Of a stretch of 64,000 nucleotides of DNA, positions 12,309 through 26,953 are shown in pieces. The stretch covers positions 10,354,001-10,418,000 of the forward strand of contig OZ365115.1 in the NCBI GenBank assembly GCA_977030845.1. Direction: 5' to 3'. Under the pieces are notes generated by a model. The model searched no databases and had not been told where the DNA came from. It saw only the letters and a list, made by a program, of their open reading frames with translations. Every line of letters starts with the position of its first letter. The stretch's first letter is position 1. Source of the stretch: Fimbriosthenelais zetlandica. Lineage: Eukaryota. The position numbers were made by a program, and so were the translations under genes.

Positions 12309-15300
12309 CTACAAGCAAATTATGTAGTTCTTTTTCATTTGAAGTGACACAGGGAGTGATGGATGTGGCCCATTAAGGTGGATTTATGTACTGAATGGGT
12401 CTGTGGAAGGGTGATCATGTTTTGTGGACATGTAAATTAGATAATCATATGGTTACCATTCAAAGGCTAAACGATTTTATTCTGGACATACTGTAGGTGG
12501 GCCTACACATTCTTCTGAGTACTCAATCGACTACCGGTGTGATACAATACTATTGCATAATTGTTTCAATGCTAATTGTGTCTGATCCCATAACCATTCT
12601 GACACCTATTCTTATTATTGAAGTTAACAATGAAGGTAACAATGCCTATGAACCATGCAGCCCAAGTACCTCTATGACACTAAGTGAGTATTGATTACTT
12701 CCATGACGTAACAAACGACTCTCAGGCCAGCAATCAGTGGGCTTTGTTTACCTGTAAGGAATGGCCAGGGTGATGGCGACTAACCTTGATGATGTGCTAA
12801 CTTCCAGGCATTTGGGTGCAAATAGTCTCCACACAATGTCTTCACATTCACGTACATTACCCATAAAGTCGTATGATTAATGAAGCAGGATATTTGGATG
12901 TCTGCTCAAAAGTTCGGCCCTAAGTCGGACAAGGACCCATGACACAATCAGGATATGTGAATTTACTTGTTTTGTGACATGACCAAGGCATGAGACTGCT
13001 TAGCAACTAAATTAGAGCATTGTTGGGTAGTGTACTGGAAGTGGCAAAATGTGACAGTGCCCAGCCTTGCTTAGGATTGTCTTTGAAGTTGGGAGTGGGG
13101 GAGTTGGGAGAGAGGGAATCCAAGATGGCGCTCCAATGGATATTAGGTTGGCATTGAAAGCTGGAAGACAGCCAATCAGTGAGGTCAGTGAAGCAAGCAT
13201 CCCAGAGCAGCGAGTGAAAGAAGCCTGAAAATGGATTCTGTTGAAGAGCTCATTGGGTAGAATCAAGCAATAAGAGGCCTTTATATAGTTCACGAGAGGG
13301 AAAGGGATGCTCCGCCAGGATGGGTAGGGTATAGGGCTGTTCATTGGTGTGGTAGTGTAGGTGGTGAGAAGTTCAATAAGCCTATGTACAATCAACCCTC
13401 CTGCTTGTCAGAACCATCAAATGGATTTTCTACAGCACATGTCAACTGCATCTTATCACTCTCTTTCACTCTCCACTCCTTCACTATTATGTATAAGATT
13501 GTGTACCATTCACTTCATTAATTAGCCTACCGTTTTTCTTCACTTATACTATTATAGGATCTGGTATATCAAAAACATGCTTGGAAAAGATTAAACCGGA
13601 AGTAGAAGTTAAATTGAACCAAATGATATTTCATTCCAGTAAATTTCCATACGAGAATCCTCAATGAAGTAACGATGCATTCCAAATATTGTTCTTTTCA
13701 TCATGTTTGTCCCCCACATGACCTCATATACTTACTCATGCAGACCACCTCCCATTAATCAACCTCATTTCCCAATCTATAACAGCGTTTTCTCCAATCC
13801 TACAGGTTGCTTTAATATCAGACCAATCACTTCCCTGCCCCTAATTTCCAATCGTGGTAAAAACAAATCAAACTCGCACCGGAAGCTGATTAGTGATACC
13901 CGACCAACTTTGCATGATGGTATTATGGGTGGCAAACCGTAACGAGGCTAAAAAGAACCCTGGTGGCCAACCCATAAACTGAATCTGGCGCCGGGCAGTG
14001 ACTCTAAACATGCAGATAAATTGATTCATAAAGTGGAGGGGAGATTCATTAAAGGGGGAATCTGTCTGATGCCAGCTTGGATTTCACTGATGCTGCTGTT
14101 TTCATATCCAGAGTGTCATTGGAGATGCCAATTAGGCAGGCTTGTAAATGAAACGTGGAATTCATCTTACCAATATGGATACAAGCTCTAGCCCCATAGA
14201 TCCACTGACGATCCTATATACAGTATGACTATCCGTGTCTCAATAATATTAGAATTGAGTGGAAATTGCATAAAGGGAATTGAAAGAATCGTGTGCAGTG
14301 TAATAAGCAGCGTTATTAATATTTAAATGTTCAATTTAACACTGTATGGCCCTCGTGTATAACAGTATAATGTGGTGTGTAACGTAGGTGCCATATAATC
14401 ACGTGATCTCTATATCAGAGATGGTGCAAGCTAGCAGCTAGGTCTCCCTTCATATGTCATCTGTTACTGAGAAGATGGGTGAGACAGCACCTTCACTATT
14501 ATTGCCATATCAACCATGCATCACTTTACTTTCTGATGTTCCCACTCTACATATTAAAGCAAGATGCCATCTTCCTCACTGGGCTCACCAACCACCTCTA
14601 ACCACCATTCTGCCGTCCTTTAACAACCCCAGTGGAAGCAATATTTTTTATCTGATGTTCTACTCAGAAGTTAATTGGTGACAGTCTTGTTCAGAGTAAG
14701 TGCAATCTTTTCAAATAGAGTGATAATTTCTTACTTATGCTTTCAAGATACATCCATCAGTGTCAAGTGCAAGTGTAATGCCTCCCCTGATGCAATGTAT
14801 TATAAGAGATAGTGAGGGTTTAACTCTAGAGAAAGTTTCTACAGAAAATCAAGCCCACGCAAATCATATCTCCCACTATAATGACGTTTAAATAGTCGTG
14901 ACGAGATGAGCAAGAATTTAGCAGGAATGCGAGGAAGACAGAAATAGAAAAGACGGGTCTAGGAAGAGAAACATCAGTGGAAGTAAAGAACATCAGGAGA
15001 ATAAATGGATGGGCAAACAAGTGACTGAATGGATAGAAATGAATAGAACAATATTGAGGTAAGCTGAATGAAGAAAAATACAAAGTGACAGATGAATTCC
15101 TGACAACTTCTAGCATGTTAAGTGGAGAAAGGGAGAAATAAGCTAAAAAGATAATAAGTTCTCAAAACTGTCCGCAGCATGGGCTTATTAAGTCTGCTTC
15201 CTAAGAAATAATTGAATGTCAATTAAAAGCAACGGCCTAGCTGTCTTGTAAAATCACGGTGCCCGTAAGTCCTGCCACTGGTCTTCTCTTACCATTAGTT

Positions 15301-15918
15301 GTCAGCTGCCAATTGTGTAATCCAATTATTTCCTTAATTAATCAACAATAATTAAAGTGTAAACTACCCAGATTTACATTATTAAGAAGCTTGCTTTATT
15401 TGGTATGTTTTCCAGGCTGGCATGGGCTATTTTACTGTCGCCAAGAAAGAATTTATTTGACTTGGTTTGAGGCTGGCAAAATCAGCATCTGTGAGGGTCC
15501 CCGCAATTAAAATTAATAAATACAATGTAATTAAAATTGTTCTTTAATGACATCAATTTCTTAATTAATTTTGAAAAGGATTAATCAAGCTTTGGAAATT
15601 TACTATTGTGTATCTGTGAAAGCCATCCATATGGAACCAGACAAGCCCTGAACAGAATGTAATTGGGTGTCCACGCCAAACAGATTGAGCCAAACCAGAC
15701 CATAAATCAGGCATCATTAATAAGTGAACTTAATATTTGACTTAAAGTTATTGCCTTGGAATGATTTTTCACAGAAGGACCTCGTGTGGCATACCGCATT
15801 GGTTCAGTGAGTTTTGAGCGTGGGAAAGAGAGCATATTGTCCATCTGAATTGGGCAGCGGATTCTGCCAATGTCAGGGACACTTGTCACTTCCTGCTCAA
15901 CCGGCCAATTAAACTGAC

Positions 15919-16107
15919 CTTTAGACATTCAAAAATGTTATCATGTCGTGCTATAGAGTACTTCAATATCAAAGTTCGAGGAAGAGCAAAGCGATCTAGC
16001 CCTCGGCACATCATCAGCGGATTTGCGAGTTGAAACAAAATGGTTGTGTATTGCCAGAGGTTGGTGGGAAATAAGTATTGGCAATGGCAGCAAACGGCAG
16101 GCACCTC
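15919..16107 (-). CDS. Candidate exon (phase 0/0, 63 aa): EVPAVCCHCQYLFPTNLWQYTTILFQLANPLMMCRGLDRFALPRTLILKYSIARHDNIFECLK
   Basis: agctgtctatag|GAG ... AAG|gtcagt; 189 nt; the only one of the three minus frames open across the interval. Confidence 0.4.
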
Positions 16108-19100
16108 CTATAGACAGCTATAAGATGTCAGAGCTGTAGGGAATGAGTGCTTCCAGTCCCAATTTATAGGGAACTGGGCCATCTCTTGCCATTAACACCG
16201 AAATTAGCATGTTCAGAAGAAGGTCTGGGGCCTTGTGTTGTATTTTATCACATTATTTTTGGTAAGGAAGTTTTTTCTGCAGTTTGGACTGATCCCCATC
16301 GGGTGATGTTTGTTTTGTATATTGATATAGCTATAGCTTCAGTTAGCATGCCATACAGGTTAAGAATTGAGGTTTGCATCCAGGTTGTAGGCTTTAAATC
16401 ACCTGGATGTTATTATTCTAGCTGAATTAGAGGTGGTAATCATGGTCCCCTCTGCCTGCCAATCCTCAGCTGGGGTTTTGGTGTGCTCGTGTCGAGGGAC
16501 GGATCAGAGTAGGATCTCACTGAATGAGAAACGAGCCCTGGTGACAAATGCACGGACATGAATAATTTACCCACTGCTATAGGATATTTCCACCGATTAC
16601 GACACCATCCCGTAGAATAGGTCCCTGCTCATACCATGCAGGGACAATCAAGGGATGTAACGGAATAGATTAGATAAAAGCCATGTTGTTGATGAGTGAT
16701 AATGCTATAGCCTTGAACTAACAAACTTTGAGAGATTATTAGTGTTTCTGTGAATATGGACGGTTATCGGGATAATTTCCATTAAGTGGAATGGAATCCC
16801 TCCTGATCTAATGTTCACAGACTCATTTATTGCGAGCGTTTCTTATGAAGCAGCTGAGGGATTATCGTTTCTGCTGCCTGTAGTTCCATTTCTAAACTCA
16901 TTTTTATCTGGTATCCATTCATGAATATGAAAATATGCAAATATAATGTATGTGTTGGTGATATGCAAAGATAGCCAGCGATTTGCTTATCTGGATAAGC
17001 TATCAAGCCATAGCTTATCATTAACAGCATATCAGCAGTCTCATGTCCATCAATAATGCTTTGCCATTTCTAGTCCACCCTATAGACACTTTATGCTCAA
17101 TATGTATCCAGCAACTTTAATTATGGGCAGTTTCTGTGATTATTAGTATAGGTGACTTAATTTCTATGATTTCGTTTTATACGTTCATGTTTCCTGTCTG
17201 ATAGGCATGTACATGTATGTTATACACTGGCATCACTCGTGTCCCCCACTGTCCGGTTAATTAACGTACACCATACAGGGTTCAGGATACAGAATTAAAG
17301 GTTCCTTATGGGTTCTCTACCGTCCCCCACTCGTACTATACATGTTTTACAGGTCCCTTGCGATTCCCTTACAAACATATAAGCCCCTCAGGGGCTCGGT
17401 GAGGCTCACATGACCAACATGGTCAAACAATTTAAAACATGTCATGTGTAATCCTTTTGCTGCATTATTCAGCAAGAATAATTAGTGTCTCCCAAAACTA
17501 GAAACAAAATTCCACTGCAGGGAGCATACAGCAATAATCATTTATACATACTCGTTGTGGTCTGAAACTACAAGGCATAGCATCCACTCACCCAATGTAC
17601 ATGTACTTTACAAGGGCGACCATTGGACCTCAGAAACTCTTACGGTGTTACGGCTAATTTACAGATAAGAGTAGTCGATTACCCACGAATGTTTGGGCAT
17701 TGGTGACAGTGGCCATCAGTGTTCCTGAACAAAATGCTAGAGTAGGGAAAGGAATGCCATCTCAAGGTCATACATAATAAGGGTTTTGGGTGAATGGTTT
17801 GCACTTGATGTCCTATGTTAATCCTGGTTGGGTACTGAGTATTTTATAGGTGCAAATGCACATGACTGATGTATTACAAGCTTTTAAAATAAGCTGCTAT
17901 AAAATAAGGGGTGTCCCCATGATGTTATTATTATATTATTATAGTGATGTAGAGGTTTTAAAAAATAAAAGTTGTAATGGAGTTCAACATTGTGGTATAT
18001 TATATATGGAGCAAGGAGGCAAACTTTCAAGGCTTTGGGTCTAGATCGAGGTATGCCAAAGCAAAGTCTCATTTGTTTGCACTTCCCTTGTAAAGCAAAT
18101 ACGAAAACGGCCATATAAAACACATATACCTCGGACAAATCTAGCAATCCAGGCTGCTCAGATGCCTCTACACCATTACCATACCACCATATCATACACA
18201 TAAAAGAAACACCAAATGCTGATATGCAAACTCCAAATATGACTTGTCAAATACCATATTTTCCCCGCCTGGCTGCAACTGGAACCTGGCAAATCTCAGA
18301 CTTCCGCCCAGCTGGGAATAATTGCGCGGGATCAAGCTGCCATCAAACTACCCAGCACCTTAATCCTGGCCTCTGAAAATATGCTCTTGTTCTCACATCG
18401 ATCAGTCTACAAAGTGTATAGCAATAGCTAGAACCTATAAATATTCATGAGACTGGTCCTCCAATATCCAAATGACAGAGGCTTTTCTCCCCATCCTGGT
18501 TTGAGAAAATGTCGGTTTTGTCCCTGAATGCAGAGACCCATGGAGTCCGTTTGGAGCAACACAGACTTTGGCTAAAGACACTCGATATTTTAGTCATAAT
18601 TTATATGGAATTTCCTCAAGCCATTCCGAAAGATACCGGCAAAAATGGTTATGGAAGGTACTGTTATGCTGGCTTTACATGGGAAATTTATCACTGGTTT
18701 ATGTGTTTCGAGATGATTACTGAGAAATGGTGCTGGAAGTCAAACATCGGACACTGTTTACATTGCGATCCTACTTTATTAGTTGTATTCTGCAAGCAGT
18801 ACTGTGAGGGACTCCCAACATTAGGAGGATTGCTTTACCAGACCAAATAAAGAACTTTCAGCGAACATATTGGACCCAAGAACTTAACCAGAGATGTGAT
18901 GTAATTGCCCCAATATGTCTGGAGGTTACAAGCTTATTCTGCAGAAGCAATATAATGTTTAAAATAGGAAAGAACTTGTTAACCTCTGTTTCAGGAACAA
19001 GTTGTCAATCTTCTCTACCGGACACATTCACAATGTATGATATTCCGAGGGGGATTTTCAAATTTCAGTAAGTGGATATCAACCTGAAACAGAGATGTAG

Positions 19101-20244
19101 GATTTAAACGGGTCAAATATCTGTCACTGTCAGCTAATGGAATTAAATGTTTGGGTGGAATTTGACAGGATGATGTTATCTGCATTCAGGGACTTAAACT
19201 GACAATGTGCGATGCTTATTACCTCTAGAACCTGAAGAAAACACTTGTCACTTATTGTTATAGAAGCCTTGACTTATTGATTAGCTTGCCATTCTTTCTA
19301 ATTTACATTCGATTGTTAAGCGTACTTTGTCAGAACCAAAAGGACTTAAGCCCCCAACCGTTGGTATACTACAGAGGCTTGAAGCATGCAAGAGGCGGAG
19401 TTTTTGTTGAGAAGAAAAGGCTCAAGACCAGATGGGTCTGCATACAAGTGTTGAAGTAATTGAGTTTGAGTTGGACCCCCAGCTGTGTCTGATTTTGGGA
19501 CCTTGGTGAGCCTGGGGATCTGTATGAAGGGAGAATACATAGTAGAACTAGTCCCCATTACGCAGAATCAAACATTTAATTCAGAGCCAAAGGAAATCCT
19601 CAAGTCAAAGATTACCGAAATGCTGTAACTTATCTGGAATGGCAATATTCACGTTATCAGGGGGTATGTAAACGGGTCATATTGTACCCACGTATTATAC
19701 TTAATCTATAGTACAACAATAAATATTCATTTCAAAGCAGTGTCCTCATCACTCATTAAGCAGCTGAACAGACTGATCATTCCTTCATAGAATATTTCCT
19801 TTACAGTAATTTTTAATCCATCGATTTCAACATAATAATCACACATTGCTCATCTGCATCATGATAATATTGCAGGCGTGGATTGAATTAGAAATTGGCA
19901 CATGATCTGATCTCTTTGTCACTCGAAGCTTTGATGTACTGCATGCTTGATGAGAAGTTGCATCTGTCACCAGATGAAATATTGTATACCGGTATTGGTA
20001 AAGAGGGACTATTCACCCATATAATCCTGGCGCCACTGCCGGACAAGGCCCCCATCTACACCAGCGCCCTCCCCGACCCTAACAGTGACATAAGACACTA
20101 GATATCAGTAGATATCCGTCCGCTAATCCATCCTTCCATTTGGTCCTCATGATAACACGAGTACCCGCCGCCTGCCCACAACCCTTAACAAAGCTTATAT
20201 CTCTTGTTACCGTGAAAATAAAAAAGGAACCTCTAGAAGGGTAC

Positions 20245-20580
20245 TAAAGATGGCTTCTCCGGCCGCGTTTCCATGGAGACGCCATCATTCAGCGCAACAG
20301 GCGGTCTTGGTAGGGCATTTTGATGTTGTAGCACTCTTCTGTGCAGGAGGGAGGTTTAATAGATGCACAGGCCAGGGACTTAGAGTAGTTTTTCCCAACC
20401 AAATGCCCATGAGAGACATGCACCACAGCAGGTCTGCGGCCATGAAAATCTCCATTCTGAAAGGTTTGGGCAACACTCGGTGATGATTGTAACATTCCCC
20501 TCCCTGGTAGGATTTCACTTGGAAGAGACGCCCGCAAGCGGAAGTGCTCTGACGTCACTATTCAGCCTAAGGTGACGTGG
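20245..20580. promoter_or_regulatory. Promoter-like cluster with RFX X-box, ETS and CRE
   Basis: Near-palindrome GCGTTTCCATGGAGACGC 20265-20282; AAAGATGGC near 20247; GCGGAAGT and TGACGTCA near 20538-20557; CpG-rich. Confidence 0.45.
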
Positions 20581-23500
20581 AAATTGAATTCTTAGATGCC
20601 TCAGGTTTTGTCAGGGTGGGGATGGGAATGATGGTACTGGTCGGGGTAGGGAGGGAGAGACTTTGCTGGAATGTGCAGGGGAAATAATCTGAAGACCTAT
20701 TGGTTCCTCTCTGCCCGTCATTTCTCCCTGAGGAAAGGTTTTGGTGAAGCCCTCCGCCTCATGTACAAGCTCGGATCATTAACCATGTTGCTGTGATAAA
20801 CAGATCTGTCCCTGGATCAATTTCTAATAAATTACTTCATTTTCTTCATAGTTGCGCGTATACAGGATGGGTCCTGGAGGCAAGAAATATATTGTTAGAT
20901 GGGAAGAAAATAAGTCCAGTTCAAACATTGACTTGCCATTGGCAAATCACCTTATATACCATGGCCCTAAAGCGTGTGGACAGCAGAAGTGGGAATATTG
21001 ACACTGAAGAGGGACAAATCTTCTAAAGTATACGTCACAGTTGAAAGGGTCAATGCTTTAAGGTTAAAATAGGAACTGGCCTCATATGACCATACCAGAA
21101 CATAGGCTACATCTATACATAATAACTTGTGATGATATGCCACATTAGAGGGCCCTCCAAGAGCCTCACAGAAGCTCTCCGTGTCCTGGCTAAGAAGGCC
21201 TCAGACCCAGGAGACCTACAGGAGGTATTTTACAGCCCCGAAGTAGGCCTGAATAAACGCCCAGGAGGACCATCCTAGCCCAGAGTATGACAAATGGTGT
21301 GGAGTGTTCGGACCGATAAGACGGGGGTCTCAATGGACCTCACGCAAGCTCCAGCCAGAGTGAAATAGTTAAACAAACCTACCAGGTTCTAATGAGAGCC
21401 AGTAGTAATGGAACTTTCTGGGAATGCGCACATAATAAAAATAAGCCATGGCGTACTAAATCATTATAATCATAGTACAGCAGGCTCCTGCAGGAGTGAA
21501 ATGCCTTCTAGAATTTCAAACTTTTTAGCAAGCAGGTTTGCACATTTCATTCTTGCTGAAGATTTTGAATATATCACCTTTTTTACATACCTGATGACTT
21601 TCTCAGTCAAGGGGTATTGTGACACTCACCTGCAATACAAAAATGGATAAAGATCAAGATCAGAAAATCAGCATTAGATTATCTTCATTGTTGTTTACAA
21701 TACCGCACCGTTCATCATTATTAAGAAACTCAGACTGATAACATCTAACTCTTCCCATTTTTACGTGTTGTTAGTATACAACGGATAATGAGCTGGATGG
21801 TTGCATTTGATGCATTACATAGTGATGATGGAATGTTGTATTTCAATTGAAAATTCACCATTGCTTGGCGGAGGTACGTGGAAGGAAAAACATGGCAGTC
21901 ACTTGTCTCATCATCTATTGCCAGTATTTCTCCCAGGCGACGCCATTATTTTGGCTGACTCATGAAACATTCAATTTCTCTTTGTCTTTCAACTCCCGGA
22001 CTTGCTCCGAGTAATGTCCATATAAGATACTCAGAGGAGATGGTTCGTTTCACTATACTTTCACTACTTTACGGTGGGTTAAAGATTGAAACCAGAATAA
22101 TATTTCGTGTTGGAACAGACATAAATGGTACATTTATTCTTTCAGTGTTTGTGGCACAATATCATAATCTACCTATAGCTAAAAGGATATATATCAGAAA
22201 AACAAATATCTTGCAGGGGAAAATTTCATGTTACTCGGACTAAGTTACTGTAAAATGACTGTTATACAGTGTTGCAGTATTACAGGGGACAGAGACAGGC
22301 CTTTAATACCGATTCACCTGCTATCGGTTTCATTTCTTAAAGCATCCAGCATCAGTCCATAAGTTATGTCAATTACCGATGTAAAAAAAGATAGTAGATA
22401 TGCCTTATTCATCTGGACAAGCCTTAAGGGAAAGTCCTTTCAGATGACAAATGTATCTTAAACTATACATCTATGGTGATAGCTGAACTGATCTAAAGTG
22501 ACCTGCTCCTCTGCTCTTGCACCTGAGCCAAAACTCCGTGCCACCACCCCATAACACCAGATGCTGTACTCCCCATGTCAAGGCCAAGTGGTAAGCAGCA
22601 CTTATCTACGTTGTTCACTCTCCCTTTGATAAATTCAGATGTTAAAAAGTAACAGAAAACAACAAAGGATACAGTTTCCAACGGTAACTTTGTCTTGGAT
22701 ATCACATGAATCTTCCTCATGGCAGGAATGTTGAAAATAATGCTCCTGTCAAAACGGGCTACCTTTAATCTTCCGGTCTTTCAAGGATATGCGTGTTTCT
22801 CTTCTTTCTCTGCCCATATCTCTTTTATCACACATTCCATGTCGATGTAATGTTCTACACTTTCACCTGTAATGTTCGACACATTCTACATTTTCAGGTG
22901 ATAACATTTTACCTGATAGGAAATTAGAATTATACATGGGCCAGGCTCAGGGGTTTTCTCCCTGTATTTTCCTTTTGCTGTTAGTAGGTATTGATCAGGA
23001 CATCGTGCCACGACCACACCTGCAATCCCCTGTTGATCATTGGTTCAGCTCAGGTTTCTAACCCTACATGTACAGACATACTATCCATTGCTTTTACCAG
23101 AGGGCACAAAGGAAATCTTTCCTTTCAAAGTGAACGTCATATTTTCATGTCATTGTACTTTCTTTAACTTTCCGTTTCCTCATTTTGTTGGGAACTGAAT
23201 GTGGGTCAAACCAGTGCATTTGCTATACGACTTGAAACTTTTCATTTTTTACGGTGGAGCTTTCACCTGGTACTTCCGGTTCTTTATTAACGTATAATAA
23301 CATTCTGAAATTTCCCAAACTGAATGTCTATGACTGATGAGTATAATAGACAAGGCGTTGTTTTTTCTCAAATCCAAACTATATAGTGCCCTACATGCCA
23401 AAAGTCATTTAATAGATGGCAGTCACTGACCCATATAATAAGATAGCCCGAGTCATGAAATATTTCCTGCGGGCCATTGAGGGATACTTTCGGTGTGACC

Positions 23501-26500
23501 ATATATAGGCATCATGCCACTAATGTTGTAGCCTATATTGCTCTTATTTCCTTCTGGCAAAATATGTGGTCGAAAAATGAGGGAGGCATACCATGTGTGC
23601 ATGTCTATCTTCATCGCCCAATGTTGTAATTTAGAGGAATAAAAATAAAATTCCCAGACCATGACGACCTCATTTAGATACCTATGCATTTTCTGCTATT
23701 TTGTGGTATGACTGAAAGCCTATAAATGATGTGTTTGGAGGTAGACTTTATGAATGGCATCACTGGCCAATATGGCCATGCATCCCAGTATATCCCAGAG
23801 CCATTTACAGAGGAATGAGTATCACCTCCAACGCCCCTGCAGCCCTGCCCGATTAATATCAGGTCATGAACATAATGTCATCTCTGATATGGTATCTGAT
23901 CAAACCCTGGGCTACTTCAGTGAGCAAATTTGTTTACAAAGATGAACAGTTGAAGTTGAAATCTCCGCACATCAGACAAAACCAGTCATGTTGAAAACCA
24001 ATATCCAGAGCACAACTCTTCCGGTATCTGGTTGAGCAACCTTTGCTCGCGGTTGATCACCTGCTAACATAACCATCTTATGTATTGGGTTTCTAGGTTT
24101 ATGTATGCACAATTGAACCTCTGACATTTCAATTGTGTTGTTTTGTGATTCACGGTATTCAATGTCTTATATACATGTGTATTTTCCCTCCTGGATCATG
24201 ATTATTTTAAATTCTGAGCATCGGTATTGCAGTTTCCCCTTCACGCACTCATGAATTCCAAACCATGCAAAGACCACACAGTCCAAACTCTAAACCATCA
24301 AAACACCAACCTAGGCTCAAAAGCTTTCCACTCTCCACCCCTGCTCCATAGGCAATGACCTCGTGAGACATATGCCCAACCATGGCACTGACGTTCCCTT
24401 TTGCCTCGTATAAAAGATGCTCCCTGAAATGGGCCTCTATCCTATATGCCTGGACTGGGCAGCCATATAGAATCAGCAAGGATATATTTGGGATCTCTCT
24501 GCCAAAGTCAAACGGAATAGGGTATATGTTCTGTTGCCTTATGTCTAGAGTAGGGGAAGGAAGGGACATATGTGAAGGTCTGTAAATATACAGAATGGTA
24601 CTTACACTGGTACACCATTGCTCCCCAGCTTGACTAACTGACAACTTGTAGTCAATATGGAACACGCAGAGAAATTCAAATGAACCCCGAGCCAATCCAC
24701 CACACAAAAACAACAGAATGAATTTTCAGAGATGGCAATAACAATTATGCCAGAACTCGTATGTAATTTGCACATACATTTAGAACGGAAATATGTAGCG
24801 TTGTGACAGAATGGTGACTGGGAAGCCTGTGGACGAATTTATTGGGATTTAAGTCTAATTGAGTAAAGGTCAGTTTACATGTACACTTGCCTGACTATGC
24901 AGTTTGATCTCCACATAACATTACGGTATAGCATGTGGTCCTAATTGTTTACAACATGATGCATTCTTTATATTCTGCTTCTATTACAATGTATCCATCG
25001 TACATAATGAGTGGAAATAGTAACCTGGGTTACACCGTTACATTATTGATGGACTGAGGTGGTCATAATGATGTCAATGATAGGCTATAGTAGGTTACAT
25101 TTATAGAGAGGTATGGGTAGATATTGGAAACATGAACTCACAACATGTAAATGTCATGTATTCGCATCAGAAAAGGTGGATCTAGTTTGGTTAGACGGAT
25201 GGATGAATGAATGGATGGACGAATGGCTATAGATTACAGGCCTATATGGCCTGTAGATGAAAATGATTGATCAGTGATCCTGTTTAATATAAAAGTTATA
25301 CTGTAAATAAATACCTTACCTTATAACAACCCAACTTATGCTACAGTGGTATGTGCTTAAGCTCCAGGAGTAATTTAAGTAGTGTTTAGCAGCAATCCTA
25401 GCATTAACCGAATTTTGGTAGTTCTTCCTATTACACTCAGCAGTTACTCGGTTTCCTAAAACCACGAGAAGCTATTCATCTTCAAAAAACTATCCAAGAT
25501 GATATGTATCCTATATGGAAGTTTACTATTTCCCTCAGTTGCTCAGAAGAAGTCCTACATGGAAGTACTGGGAGCTTGTCCACTGCCTCACAAGTAATAG
25601 ATTATTTAGTGCATTTTGAAAGTTACTGAGCCGTGTGTTGTGCAGTGAGGCATGACAATTTCTGCAGCTTATTATAGCGGGACCAGGTAATTTTAAGCTC
25701 CAAATATTATGTCCGTACTTGGTTTATTATGTAGTTTCCGGGGCTACCTGACCGAATTCCATTGAACTTTTATAACTTCCCTTTATATAATTTTGATTAA
25801 TTTTTTACCATGAGCTTTTCTGATGCAGTCTCACAATGAAGTAAATTTCTTCTAATTCTAATTACCAATAATTGTTGTATTATTATCCTGGACCTTTATT
25901 CCGGCTATGAATCCGGCTATGAAAGCCGGACATTGATTATCTTTCAATAATTTAAGCCTAGGTAAAGACCTGTTAAGCTGCTTATCTATAGAGGTGCTTG
26001 TTTGGCAATGCAACATATGGAAGAAGTATATAGTATCAATTCACAAAGGAAGCGGATCTCAACAAAAAGTCTATTCATTCCAAATGCATCAGGAGGAAAC
26101 TATAGAGTCCCAGCTCAGACCAGATCAGTCCCCGAAGACCCATAAATAAAATACGGATGACAAATGTCCTATATGCTAAAAAGTGTCTTTCTACAAAAGT
26201 AGAATACACTGGTATTTTAAACTTGCAGTGATCCAGTGATGCAGTGAAGAAGGCAGTTGTATGAGGTTGTTTTATGGGCCTTTTCATTGGAGTGTTCTAG
26301 ATCTGTCTCTAAAATGGCGGCATCAGATCAGTACCTGCCCAGTTCCATATTCGAAAATTTCCTTTTATATTTTTGTTTTTATATTTTTGTTCTGTCCAAT
26401 TTGATCTAATTTGAACCTCCATATTCTCGTAGGCCTAAATATCACTGGAACATTAATATGTATTAAAATAGGAGAAAAAAATAAAGCAATGCATCAAAGA

Positions 26501-26747
26501 CGTCGTCTGGTTGCAGACGGTGCGTTGGTCCTCACTGGTCATTTTACATATGGCCTTGGTTTATGTGGACCAGTAGCAGGCCTGAATGAATTAGCTGGTG
26601 AACTGCTTCACTTGGCCATTAATAATAGCGCTTTATGATGATAAAGGCCAGCCATAGTGCCTGGTGGGATGACCGGTCACAAACAATAGCGATCAAGTGG
26701 ATGGAGCAGCAGTATGGGTGGCCTTATAAGCACTAATATAATGCTTA

Positions 26748-26953
26748 TCATGTGGACTTAGTGGCAGAGAATGTGTATTTGGGATAAGTTGAGGATTTGT
26801 GGAACAAAAGGAGGCTTATAAGGAGCATGTGGTGGAGTTTGACCAATGGGTAGGGGTAGGGAGGGGCTTTCTCATCAATAGGGTTGACAATATAAGGGTT
26901 AGGATAGCCTCTCATATTCAGGCTTAGTTCATCAAATGTTTGCATTTTGTCAT
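26748..26953 (-). CDS. Candidate terminal exon: (N/D)DKMQTFDELSLNMRGYPNPYIVNPIDEKAPPYPYPL...KST*
   Basis: ataaattacag|AT; open to TGA at 26748. The Pro/Tyr-rich segment resembles a cytoplasmic tail. Confidence 0.33.

Noticed and set aside
14980-15130. RTE-like RT tail (KWMGKQVTEW); similar faint RT strings near 2570, 13810, 27320 and 46890
   Set aside because: Each is a single short motif amid stops; it cannot be distinguished from chance without a profile search.
21580-21625. 39-nt minus segment with good acceptor and donor
   Set aside because: Stops in all three frames; consistent with a chance splice-site pair.
24249-24713. 154-aa minus ORF; plus frame with faint RT-like strings (DLSAKV, NGTYTG)
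   Set aside because: No recognisable domain or splice support; RT motif spacing is too short to be convincing.
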